64,000 bases of DNA from Octopus vulgaris. Its lineage: Eukaryota. The position numbers and the translations under genes are program-made. Location of the stretch: NCBI GenBank assembly GCA_951406725.2, contig OX597826.1, forward strand, positions 2,852,001-2,916,000, given 5' to 3'. The first letter of the stretch is position 1; each line of letters opens with the position of its first letter. Under the pieces are notes generated by a model that had not been told where the DNA came from, searched no databases, and saw only the letters and a program-made list of their open reading frames with translations. This document shows, one piece after another, positions 44,041 through 56,367 of this stretch.

Positions 44041-45274
44041 TTAGGTTTTCAAGAAAGTGCTTTCGGGATTTTTAATTTTAATTTTAAATGATGCATTTTC
44101 AAATTAATTTTCGTTAAATTTCTTAGACGTTATATACCATTTTAAAGCCCGTTTTCGCTCTATCTAATCGTGTTACTATTTTACTTTTTGAATAATTAGT
44201 CCATCGTTTTCGGAACGTTGAATACAACATGGACGAAAAGCAAATTCACACAATTTTCTTATTCCCGTTGAAGCTAGGACGAAAAGCCGTTGAAACAGCT
44301 CGTGATATCTACGATGCGTTTGGCCCAGCTACCACTAATGAACGTACAGCACAATGACGGTTCAAGAAATTTCGTAGCGATGTCGAGAGTATTAAAGATG
44401 ATAAGCGTAGTGGTCAACCATCGGATGTTGACAACGATGAACTAAGAGCCTTAGTGGAAACCAATCCACGCACGACAGTTTCGACCAATTCAAAGAGATT
44501 TGAAAAACAAAAAAATACTTGAGAGATGGGTCCCGCACGAATTGAACGACAAAAAAAAACTCCAATTTGATGTGTTGTGTTTCCTTCTTTTACGCAACAA
44601 GAACGACCCATTTCTCGACCGGATTATGACTTGCGATGTAAAGTGGATTCTTTACGACAACCGGCGACGCTCAGTTCAGTGGTTGGATGCAGACGAAGCT
44701 CCACGGTACTTCCCGAAGTCAAAGTTGCACCAAAAGAAGGTCATGGTGACTGTTTGGTGGTCTGCGGCCTCTCTCATCCACCACAGCTTTATGGATCCAG
44801 GCGAAACCATTACGGAGGAGAAGTACTGTCAGCAAATGGATGAAATGCATAAGAAACTCCAACAACAGCACTAGTCAATAGAAAAGGACAAATTTCCCTC
44901 TACGACGACGCTCGGCCGCATGTAGCACAACTGACCCCGCAGAAGTTGAACGAATTGAGCAACGAAACTTTGCCTCATCCGCCATACTCACCAGACCTCT
45001 CGCCTACCGACTATCACTTATTCAAGCATCTCGACAACTTCCTACATGAGAAATGTTTCAAAAACCAAGACGATGCTAAATACGCCCTCAACGACTTCAT
45101 CGCCACCAGAACGCAGGATGTTTATGCTACTGGTATAAATAAACTTCTTTCGCTTTGGCAAAAGTGTGTTGATTCTGATGGTGTTTATTTCGATTAATAA
45201 AGTCTTGTTTGAGCCGAGATATGTGCATCTGAATTTAAACGTTAAAAACCGCAAGAACTTTCTTGACAACCATA
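44041..45274 (+). mobile_element. Near full-length decayed mariner (Hsmar1/cecropia-like); transposase pseudogene 44229-45197
   Basis: TA-flanked TIRs (TTAGGTTTTCAAGAAAGTGCTTTCGG / CCGCAAGAACTTTCTTGACAACCATA). Motifs MDEKQIHTIFLF, WVPHEL, TCDVKWILYDN, PHPPYSPDLSPTDYHLF; stops, frameshifts and a deletion are present. Confidence 0.95.
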
Positions 45275-46531
45275 TACATCTTTTCAAAGGTAATCTCTTT
45301 CTTCCCGTGTCTACCAACTTATATATTATATGGTATATTATAATATACAAATTTCGTTTCCAACTTATTTTTATTCATGTTGCTCTTTTTATTCGTCTCT
45401 TCAGTATAAAAGTTATTCTATTTTACATTTGTTAACGAGTATTTTCTAATGAATGCAATTCTCACATCGCATCACCAATAGAAGCTACATAAAGATGGAT
45501 TTCTCATGCGATTTTAATTCTACGTAATGCCTGTATTTACAGGTCGTTTATAGACGTTATAGCATCTTAATTCCTTGAAATCCCGCTGAACTCCTTAGGG
45601 GCATTGTGCATTTCTGTCACTAATAGTAGAGATATCTTACATTTATTACAGATTTAACATTTGATATAACATTTACTACGGCACTTTATGCCTTAAACAT
45701 TACAATATACATTTTTTTAAATGTTATACACAAATGTTTTTAATTTCATTGTGTACTTTAATCAATTTTATCTTCATCTCTACTTATTCACAAGTTTCCG
45801 AATATTATTCAAATATATTACGAATTAATTTATCTGAATTCAATTTTATCTTTCCTTTTATCTCCATTGCACTGTTGAACGCTTATACTAATTTTAATTT
45901 AATATAACTTGATTTTCTTCCATATTTGCTTAACAATTGATTACTATTTCGATTGTAATAAAAGTAGGTTAATAATTTCCCTGCACACGCCTTTAGTACT
46001 CCACTTCGGTAACTTAAACTTTCTCTGCGTCTAGTTTTATAACACTTATAATTGAACTTTAAGTTATTCATGCTGCAACAACAATTAAATTTGCTTCATT
46101 TTTATCACTTCTCCAGACGTATTATTTATCAAATAGTTTTTTAGCTGATTAAAAAAAATCTCTTTGATTATTATTTAATAGCCTTCATATATTATATAGA
46201 AACTGTGTTATAGATACTCTGTTCTTTTTACTTCTAACTTTTCTCTATTTCTCATTTATTTTTGCCAAGTCCATTTAATATTTTCTTTCTTATGGAAATA
46301 TAGTTTTCTTGTGTTTGGGCGGAGGCACTTGCTACACGCTTTTTACGCTAATTTTATATATAGTTACAAGCTTCTAGTCTAAGGAATAGCTATTGATATA
46401 GCTTGTCATATTCCACATTAACTATTGCAAACATCTACATTACTAATAATTACATCCGATAAAATGTGAAGTATTCGGAGTGAAGTAGACCATGGCGGAT
46501 TTGAACTCAGAACGCAGAGAGCACGAACAGG

Positions 46532-47125
46532 TACGAGACGGTAAAACGGGTCCCTGGACTAGTTATGTTTAATAACAAATATCTTGTTTACTTAATTTTA
46601 AGTAAACTCCGGTCCCAGCGTTCTTGCCACAATTGGAATCCAGTCTGGAAATCGTTTTTCGTAAGCGGCTCGCTCTTGATCTCGAAAACAGTGTTAAAAC
46701 GACAATGTTAGAGCTGTATTCTCATCCTGGAGAAGAGATAGAAATTCACGAATATTTAATATCACGAATTGGGCAGTGTAGAAGTGATACCATGTTGTTT
46801 TTCACGAGAAACGTACATCGTGGGGAATCCAATTTTTCACGTTCCACAATTTCGGTTGATTTCGCCGAATGCCCTTCCGCAAACGCTTCAAAATGTCGCA
46901 GAAGAACTCTCGATTGGCGGTTTGGCTCTGGGAGACGATTTCTCAATGCACAATGCTATGACTCTCGAAAAACACGATGAGTATTCTCTTGATTGAGTTG
47001 TGGCTCTGTCGTGCCTTTTGAAGCACCAGCGTCACTCAAAATGTTGCGTACGACACATTCCCTCATTGCAGCAAGCTTGCTGAAGGCGCGCTCAATGTCT
47101 TTATAGCACAGTTCTATATTTAAAA
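46532..47125 (-). mobile_element. Internally deleted mariner
   Basis: KARQSHNSIKRILIVFFESHSIVH*EIVSQSQTANREFFCDILKRLRKGIRRNQPKLW..NWIPHD..FQLWQERWDR. Confidence 0.85.
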
Positions 47126-47144
47126 GGTGAGAAATTATGTACAT

Positions 47145-47145
47145 G

Positions 47146-47176
<31 letters not shown>

Positions 47177-47314
47177 TCACTGCCTGGAATCGAACTCGGA
47201 ATCTTGGGGTTAGTAGCCCGTGCTCTTAATCACTACACCATATGCCAGTGGCGTAGTGGTTAAGAGCGCGGGCTGCTAACCCCAAGATCCAAATTCGATT
47301 CAAGGCAGTGACAC

Positions 47315-47376
<62 letters not shown>

Positions 47377-47530
47377 TCGAAAAATACCTTAGGAACGAGA
47401 ACCTAGGTTCGAAATTTCCCCGAGGCACCTGATGAAGGCTGAAGAGTATATCAGCCGAAACGTTGTGTTAACAACAAACATGATGTGGATACATATCCGT
47501 TAAATGTAAATAATGTAAATAAAGTAAATA
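47145..47530 (+). mobile_element. Family D element (+, 47249-47530) head-to-head with an inverted head (47145-47246)
   Basis: TGGCGTAGTGG box A, TTCGATTC box B, (AAT)n, HHR and tail ACAACAAAC..CCGTTAAATGTAAATAATGT. Confidence 0.85.
47424..47469 (+). ncRNA. Minimal type I hammerhead ribozyme motif
   Basis: GGCAC CTGATGA A GGCTGA AGAGTATA TCAGCC GAAA CG TT GTGTT. Confidence 0.75.
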
Positions 47531-47836
47531 ATGTCTTTATAGTCTGCCTAAGTTTAACGTCTGCCTAAGTTTAACGAAAAACATTACGGTGTCTCTGTGT
47601 CCCATCTTCCTGTCCATAATACATACATGCATGCGTACAATCTTGCATACACACACATTCACATAAACCTATAAATTGAAAGAGTGGGAGAGAGGGAAGT
47701 CGGTGATTATCATTCGTGTACAGGTAGGTGTACGTCTGCTACTGTTAAGTTGGGTATCCACGTAGATCAACATCATCCAGTCCGCTTCCAGTATGAATGA
47801 TTAAGCAACTACTCTACTGATTAGAATTATTAGTTA

Positions 47837-48219
47837 CTAGCAGTATCGCCCGGCGTTGCTCAGGTTGGTAAGGAAAATAACTATAAAGCATTTTTAGAGA
47901 GTTATAGCCAAAAAATATCAAAAAAATGGAAAAAAAATGATGGTAAATTTTTTTGAGAGTTAAAAAAGGTGGAGTTGCGTCCCCTAGACGGTCTGTGGTT
48001 TGGGTTTCTGATTCTCGACCCCATGTCGAATTTATCGATTTTTTTCAGAACTGGGGGAACTTTTCAAAATTTTCGCTGCGTTAGTTTTGAATTATGACAT
48101 TGGGCTATGTGTGTGTCAAGTTTCATCAGAATCGGTTGAAAGCCGTGGTCAGAGTGAGGGTACGAGAAAACAGACACACAGAAAACGCACAGACAAACTG
48201 CCGTTTATATAGAGAGAGA
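47837..48219 (-). mobile_element. Non-autonomous Helitron
   Basis: The minus strand starts TC and ends with a GC-rich hairpin (GAGCAACGCCGGGC) then CTAG; inserted between A and T with no TSD. Confidence 0.8.
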
Positions 48220-49824
48220 TGACATACGTTCTCGCCATCTACCCAAATCTAGAAGTTAGTTCACTGTAAAATAATGCGATATTTAACAGGAGAAACACTT
48301 TGAACTAGGGTTTATGCTGAAAAATACATTAATTTAATTCCGCCGGTAAAACATACTGACAATGTGTGACAGACGGCACGGGATTGAGTAGAGATCTGCC
48401 GTGGAAATATCTGGCATTGGACGTCGAATAACAGAATCAGGACACTAGGATAAAATAAAACTGACATGAACTTATATATCCGATTACATACGATAATTCT
48501 AAGGAGGGAACAGAGATCGAAACATAGAATGGAAATTATTACCTTTCTAGTAGTGCCGTAATATAAACTACATCTGGAATATAGTAAACTAGAACGTGCA
48601 AGAGATTCAGGCATTATATATAAATATTTTTTGACTAATTCACTGAGAAGCGGAGACAAAGCAAATATGTGTATCCCGAGGCAGACTTAGGAAATCAGAA
48701 GACTTGTACAATTTCAGTTGATATGTAAAATCACTAAAATTGGATTAGATACAAAATTTGCCTAAAACAATATCGAGACACTCGAATTTTGAAAGATGAG
48801 GAAAACGAAAGACTCTTATTGAAAAATATAACGAAGCACAGATATTTAGTAATATTGTTTACTTCACAGATATTTTCCAAACTCCAAAGACACATAGATA
48901 GTACTAGACAAAATATACATTACAGAAATAAGTTATAAAAAAACAAGGTGAAAAATAGAAGTAGAATTGTAAAAAAGAATTATGCGCGATATTAAGAAAT
49001 ATTTCCAAATTCAGACAGGAATCATATTAGTCAGTTCTACAATATAGAAAATGCTTCAAGAAAAGTGAAGTTATCATGGCTATGATGCATTGCCAATAGA
49101 AGTGCCCGTTCAGTTGTACCCGAGCCGAGCAGGAATAAAACATATGTTAAAAGGTGCCAGAACCTAAACGGATATATACATAGTATAATATAATGTAATA
49201 TAATATAATATAATAAAATGTACTATGATATAACATAATGCAATATGATGTACCATACTATAATATAATATACCTACGAATGGAAAACATGATTCCGTCT
49301 GTATTGCTTTTCTCTTGTTCTGAACTGTCGTCGATTGAACTGTCGAGGGAAGCCTGTCACACACGAATGTTTTTCAGGCAATGAAATTACTGGCTGAGTT
49401 TGAAAATACAAACACACACAGACACACACACACACACACACAGACATACACACACGCACACATACACACACACATACACACACACACACATACACAGAAA
49501 GTCTCTCTCTCATTCACACTCTCTGTTTCTGTCTAGCACGCGCTCTCTGTCCCCCCGTTACAGAAATGTAGAAAAACGCCGTTGAATTCTACGAGCTTCC
49601 TTTACTCTCTTGCTTCTATAATTGCATTATACGTTGTATCCTTATATTTTCAAGAAGAACATATGTCACTCTCATGAACCTCAATTCTATATTTCTATTA
49701 ACACTAGAAATATAGACTTTTACCACAATAATCGTTTCTATACTTTCATATATGTAACATCTGTTAACTGTATTATTTCTTTGTCTTGCTTCCAGCGTAT
49801 ATTCTATCGGGTATCTTCACAATC

Positions 49825-50000
49825 ATTTGACTCCGGCCATGTTGGCCACTGCCCTGAACAGTTTCAGTCGAATGAATCGCACCGTTTACTTATTCTTATT
49901 TTTAAGACAGGTACTATTGATACCATTTCTCGAACTACTAAGTTATGGGGACATAAACATATCAACACCGGTACTCAAGTCATGGTGGGCACTAACACAC
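49825..50000 (-). mobile_element. Decayed family A SINE 3' half
   Basis: TCATTTGACTCCGGCCATG..CTAAGTTATGGGGACATAAAC. Confidence 0.65.
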
Positions 50001-50011
50001 ACAAGCTGATG

Positions 50012-50074
<63 letters not shown>

Positions 50075-50211
50075 GTTAACAATAAGTGATTGATAATGTT
50101 ATTACACTAGCGCTGCTTCTACATTATATGTATATATATATATCATTACATGCACACACATATACACACATTCACAAAGTATCACGACATACACACACAC
50201 ACGTATATATA

Positions 50212-50409
50212 GGCGGAGGAATGCCAGTGTGGTATTCACAAGATCTAAACGACACTTTTTCAGTTTCTGATGTTTTCTCACCAAACATATGGTTCACTTT
50301 TCAGTCCCACTGCGTTGTACTTTGGACAAGTATCTTTTACTGTAGCCTTGGGTCGGGCAAAGCCTTGTGAGTAGATCTGGTAGATGGAACCTGAAAGAAG
50401 CCCGTCGTA

Positions 50410-50474
<65 letters not shown>

Positions 50475-50870
50475 AAATTAGAGACAAAACCACTATTATG
50501 CAAATCAAACAAAGAAAGACTTAAGCCAATACATAGAATAATTTATATAAATTAAAATTTAACAAATGAATAACCACTACGATCGTTTCGTGTCAGCACA
50601 TCTTAGACATTCTTCAGGTGGTTTCTAAACCTTCTTAGCGAGTTATAAACTATGAAGTCTGTATATAATTGTGTGTGTATATGATTGTATGTCTGTGTTT
50701 GTCACCCAACGTCGCCTGACAGCCGATGCTGGTGTGGTTACCAGTAACATAGCAATTCAGCAAAAGACACGGCTAAAATAAGTACTAGCCTTACAAAGAA
50801 TAAGTTCTGAGTCAATTTGGTCGACTAAAGGCGGTGCTCCAGCATGACCGCAATGAAATGACTGAAAAAA
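50212..50870 (+). mobile_element. Family A SINE interrupted by a PLE-type insert (about 50468-50668)
   Basis: Head and body at 50212-50410; the tail resumes near 50680. Confidence 0.8.
50572..50623 (-). ncRNA. Type I hammerhead ribozyme motif
   Basis: AACCAC CTGAAGA A TGTC TAAGATGTGCT GACA C GAAA CGATCG TA GTGGTT: perfect 6-bp stem I, intact core. Confidence 0.75.
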
Positions 50871-50893
50871 GTATAAGAAAAATAATATAAATA

Positions 50894-50931
<38 letters not shown>

Positions 50932-51267
50932 CAAATTAAAACTAATGACCACTAAATTGAAATCCTTATATGCTGAAGATATGAGCCAGGCAAATGAAAA
51001 TATACATATGTTTTCATTTGTCTTGCTCATTTTTACATTCCGGCCTTTGCTAACATTTTTCTTCAGAACACACTCTTCGTGGTAAGGGTGATTTTGACGT
51101 CTATCTTTAGCATAGTAAGATTCCACTTTGGTGCATATACCTCTTAATTTGTATATAATAATATAATTTTTAATCTTCGGATTTTTTAAACATGCTAAGC
51201 CACTGGTTTTAATTGATTAATATCAATTTCTACCCTCATTATATATATATAATATATATATATATAT

Positions 51268-51559
51268 CACGTGACCAACCAGAACATCAGATGTTGCTAC
51301 TCATCGCTGGTCACAATGCGTTCGCATTGTTTTAGTCTTCGAACGACGCCACCCTGCTGGCTAAGCGAGCAGGCCAACAGTAGAAAGAGAGAAAGAGTGG
51401 TGAAAGAGTACAGCAGGGATCACCAACCCCTGTCGGAGCCTTGTGGACCTTTTAGGGGTTTTCGATCAATAAACACACACAACGCCCGATCTGGGAATCG
51501 AAACCGCGATCCTACGACGGTGAGTACGCTGCCCTAACCACTGGGCCATTGCGCCTCCA
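51268..51559 (-). mobile_element. tRNA-SINE family C
   Basis: Head TGGAGGCGCAATGGCCCAGTGGTTAGGGC..GGTTTCGATTCCC; paralogue at 59601-59892. Confidence 0.88.
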
Positions 51560-51572
51560 CATACATACATAT

Positions 51573-51626
<54 letters not shown>

Positions 51627-51648
51627 TATATATATATATATATATATA

Positions 51649-51734
<86 letters not shown>

Positions 51735-51737
<3 letters not shown>

Positions 51738-51892
51738 GACAGATTTCTTTCAGTTTTCACCTACCAAGGCATTACTCAGCCCGAGATTATAGTTGACCAC
51801 AGTTGCCCAAGGTACCAACAGACAACACAGTATGATCGAATCCGGAACCATGTTGTTATCAAGCCACCTTCTTTCAACAGAGCCACGCCTGC
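51735..51892 (-). mobile_element. Decayed family A SINE 5' half
   Basis: TTCTTTCAGTTT..TGCCCAAGGT..AGCCACGCCTG. Confidence 0.65.
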
Positions 51893-52834
51893 TACAGTCG
51901 ACCATAGGTTATACACAATCTTACTGGACACATTCGATCGCTTGTAGCGAAGCATAAGACGGCATGTCATGATAATCGTAACCTATAATTTTAAATGTAA
52001 TCTTTCATCTATAACAATGTCTCGACATATCTCTTAATCACTGTTGTATACAGTCGAGGTTAGAAGCTTTTATTTTGGTTTTCATGATATGAATGTTAAA
52101 ACATGTCAAATGTTGACGTATTTTATAGAACTTATATATGGAGGTATGATGAGTGGAGTGTCTAATTTCTAATTAGCTCGCACATCACTTGTATCGCTTT
52201 ATCTTATCTGTTCATTAATATGCTGTGTATCATATGATTTCGAAATAATATTTAGTTCATTTATGATGAGACATATCAAAAGCTTTGAGTAATTAATATG
52301 TCAGTCATATCATTCAAAATATCTAAAGGACATTTTTTCAGTTTCTGATGTTTTCTCACATGACAAAATTATCTGGAGTTAATAGGACACCACTAAGTCC
52401 TGTGACTGGGAACGGTAGGAACGTTACATTCTTAGGCAAGATGATCCAGAACAACATTATACCAATTGTATACAGCAATATATTTTGGTCACAGATGATT
52501 GCATATTACAATGGTAAGTGTTTAAAAGAAGTGCTTGAGATTAGAAAACACATCCCAGTTATCGAATTGGGGCAATAATGTTGAGTTTTTAACTTATGAC
52601 ACGTCTCCTTAAGCAAGGTAGGTAAAACTAATCTTGGTAGACTTCTGATAGCTAGTACTGAAATTTTGAAGTCACTGCGGATCCTTCCCTAATAAAATAT
52701 AATATACATATACATACATATATATGTGTGTCAATAGAATAGTAGTAAAAGATGTTCTCCTGGGGTTAAGAAGTCCTATTCAGGACTGCCACGATATTTT
52801 GGCAAATAAACTTTACTATGTATAATTATATATA

Positions 52835-53228
52835 CTCTTTACTCTTTTACTTGTTTCAGTCATTTGACTGCGGCCATGCTGGAGCACCACCTTTAATCGA
52901 GCAACACGACCCTGGGACTTATTCTTTTTGTAAGCCCAGTACTTATTCTATCGGTCTCTTTTGCCGAACCGCTAAGTAACGGGGACATAAACACACCAGC
53001 ATCGGTTGGCAAGCAATGCTACGGGGGACAAACACAGACACACACACGTATATATACATATATTTATATATATACATATGTACGACGGGCTACTTTTCAG
53101 TTTCCGTCTACCAAATCCACTCACAAGGCATTGGTCGGTCCGAGGCTACAGTAGAAGACAGTTTCCCAAGGTGCCACGCAGTGGGACTGAACCCGGAACC
53201 CGAAACAAGCTACTTACCACACAGCCAT
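52835..53228 (-). mobile_element. Family A SINE
   Basis: Near-complete reverse complement copy. Confidence 0.9.
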
Positions 53229-53277
53229 ATATATATATATATATATCCAAATTAAGCAACAAGTATATCTTCGGTAA

Positions 53278-53365
53278 TTTGGTATGATCGTTTCATGCTA
53301 CTCCATTTTATTAAACATTGTAAGTATTACCTCAGTTTTAAAATGTTGAGCAATCATCAGCCATT
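53278..53365 (-). ncRNA. Long-stem-II hammerhead-like motif (third copy)
   Basis: ATGG CTGATGA TTGCT..AGCAT GAAA CGATCA TA CCAA; followed by an inverted piece of the same element (53375-53415). Confidence 0.5.
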
Positions 53366-53414
53366 TATACCATATTAAGTACCATATACATTTGAATCTA
53401 AATTTTGCTGAACT

Positions 53415-53480
<66 letters not shown>

Positions 53481-54020
53481 TCAGGAAAGGGTTCATAGGG
53501 ACTTCAAAATTTTTGTACGTTTACTAGTTGTTGCCAGACTATCAAGACCTAACATTTAGCTTTACTTACCTTACATATGCCTATGATAAATTTTCCTTCC
53601 TTTTTTTTCAGATTTACTAAATAATTTGAATATATTTACTGAACAAATTAGGCCTTGAAAAATAAAATGAATTGGAAAGATAATACTGATAAGTGGTAAT
53701 TGGTTCTATAGCACAGCTAGAAGAAACTCACAGTTCGGCACAAGAAGGGAATAAATGCATCAAATATTATACAAGAAATCGTGTAGAAAAATTTATGCAA
53801 TAAAATGTGTATTTCCATTGCATTGCCAAATTTTAAAATTACAACAACAACACTATTCCAAAGAACACCCACACACAATTGCTCACACAGACAAAAACTT
53901 AAATATATTGTTTGAATTTAAGTATTGAAAAATACATAGACAATATATAATTATTTTATAAACGATATTATTTTATACATTTTCCATTTGAGATAATAAT
54001 TGAAGTTTGAAAGATGTTGA

Positions 54021-54081
<61 letters not shown>

Positions 54082-55250
54082 TTATAATAAGTATATTTAC
54101 CAATCTAAATTATATGCGGATATTTTCCCATGAGAAAGTATTTTAAAAGTTATATAACATGACAAATTTCAGAATTTGAATTTAAAACTGCTTCTAGTGG
54201 AAAAAAATAATTCAAATTCTTTGTTTAAATTGCAATATTATATATTTCTCAAATTCAACTATAACATTTTCTATTTGGAATCATTTAGAATAATGGTCAA
54301 TCGTATTTACATAAAATGAAAACAATTTCCAAATATAAAATTACATAATTGTTCCTCTTAGTTCTAATATTTTCTTTTAGTAGTTGGAGCACTGAAACAT
54401 ATCGAAGAACCATATTTTAGGAGAACAATCAATATACTTGCTATGCAATTTGTAGAACATGATTGCCATAAGAACTTTTATGTTTGGAAGGGGTGCAGTC
54501 CGTGTAATAAACAGTTATTAGAGTGTTGGAAACAATGGCATTATGTATACCTTCACATTAAGTCGAAATTAAGTTTGTGTTTCTTCGTTTTGACATAATG
54601 TAATATGCTTGAGGAATAGTCTGGAAGGATTGGTATAAAATTGAAGGAGCCCTTGTAACATCTGTTCTTGGTGTTGGGTTTCTAACAGAAATGCGTGAGT
54701 CAAGTGTTTCCGCACTGCCTTTGTCATTCGGTCTTTGTTATTCCTTTGTAATGATCCGCAACTTTTGAAGGGGAAACATGCTTGATAGCACAAATATTGA
54801 TTATCTCACATTTATGTGAGTTCGACAGAGATAAGACTTATTTACTGTGCTTCAGTTATTGAGAACTAATCTTTCAATTCTTGGCCCTCAATCTTTGGGG
54901 ATATCAAAACAAATTCATTCAGAAGTATTTGAAGAAGGGAACTGCAATGTTTGGATGCAGACTTCCTGAATAAAATAGAGCAAAATTCATTCTTGTTTAT
55001 GAATTAATGATGAAAAAGAGCTTCCAGGGAGAGCATCGGAAAATACAACAAAACAAACGACGAGAAAGAGGTTTTTGAGATGAGAAAACATTTCTCAGTT
55101 ATCGAATGAGGATATCGGCACTTTGGTGAAATACTTACACTTCCAATATAGCATTAGATATCATATCTATTTTCTACTTATTATTATCATTGCTCTTTCT
55201 ACTTTCTCATTGTGTCTCTTTCTTTATCTGTTTCCTCATATATATATATA

Positions 55251-55478
55251 TGGTGCATAACTATTGCCGCTTTTTTTCCACAATTTTTTTTCAGTAAAAA
55301 CAATAACGATATTTAACAAAAACATCTTTAAATGACGGTCAGACCGTTTGCTAATCAATTAAAGTAGATGGTGAATATGCTCCGGAATAATCATTTAAAA
55401 TATTTATTTTACATGTTGTTATTGCTTTTGTTCAATACAATTCTTTGAAAAAAACCGCAATAATTATACATCAACCCA

Positions 55479-55480
<2 letters not shown>
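55251..55480. mobile_element. Mariner-derived MITE
   Basis: TIRs TGGTGCATAACTATTGCCGCTTTTT / AAAAACCGCAATAATTATACATCA. Confidence 0.7.
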
Positions 55481-55562
<82 letters not shown>

Positions 55563-55804
55563 GTATATATATACAATAGAAATATTAAAATTACTAAGTC
55601 TCTATAAAAGAGATTATGGCAGCGTTTACTGGAAATTAATTGTTATCGCCATATTAATATGGCATTCTTATGGATATAAGAATAATCGCTGCCATGGACA
55701 GCTCCATGAGGCCACCGCCATCAAGATAGCTATTGATACACGATCTGTATCCATTATAACCTTCGAACAAGGGAGGTCAGCCGCTTCACACTGCCAGTCC
55801 GACA

Positions 55805-55846
55805 GCTACAGACGCGTTTCGGGGTATTGCCCCTTGTCAATGTAAC
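55805..55846 (-). ncRNA. Hammerhead motif, U3-A8 core variant
   Basis: GTTACA TTGACAA GGGG CAATA CCCC GAAA CGCG TC TGTAGC. Confidence 0.75.
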
Positions 55847-56154
55847 GTAGTCAGACCCGCAGGTGTTGCCACTGACGTCTCTGTTCGAAGGCTTATATTT
55901 ACCTAGTTTCAGTGGAATACACCCACTTGTTTTCAATAATAGAAATATTAAAATTACTAAGTCTCTATAAGAATGCCATATTAATATGGCGATAACAATT
56001 AATTTCCAGTAAACGCTGCCATAATCTCTTTTATAGAGACTTAGTAATTTTAATATTTCTATTATTGAAAACAAGTGGATGTATTCCACTGAAACTAGGT
56101 AAATATAAACCTTCGAACAGAGACGTCAGTGGCGACATCTGCGGGTCTGACTGC

Positions 56155-56196
56155 GCTACATTGACAAGGGGCAATACCCCGAAACGCGTCTGTAGC
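56155..56196 (+). ncRNA. Hammerhead motif, U3-A8 core variant
   Basis: GCTACA TTGACAA GGGG CAATA CCCC GAAA CGCG TC TGTAGC; predicted cleavage after C56190 (GUC). Confidence 0.8.
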
Positions 56197-56367
56197 TGTC
56201 GGACTGGCAGTGTGAAGCGGCTGACCTCCCTTGTTCGAAGGTTATAATGGATACAGATCGTGTATCAATAGCTATCTTGATGGCGGTGGCCTCATGGAGC
56301 TGACCATGGCAGCGATTATTCTTATATCTATAAGAATGCCATATTAATATGGCGATAACAATTAATT

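Noticed and set aside
47170-47320. Functional tRNA genes
   Set aside because: Acceptor stems do not pair and the heads are embedded in repeated elements; they are SINE-type heads.
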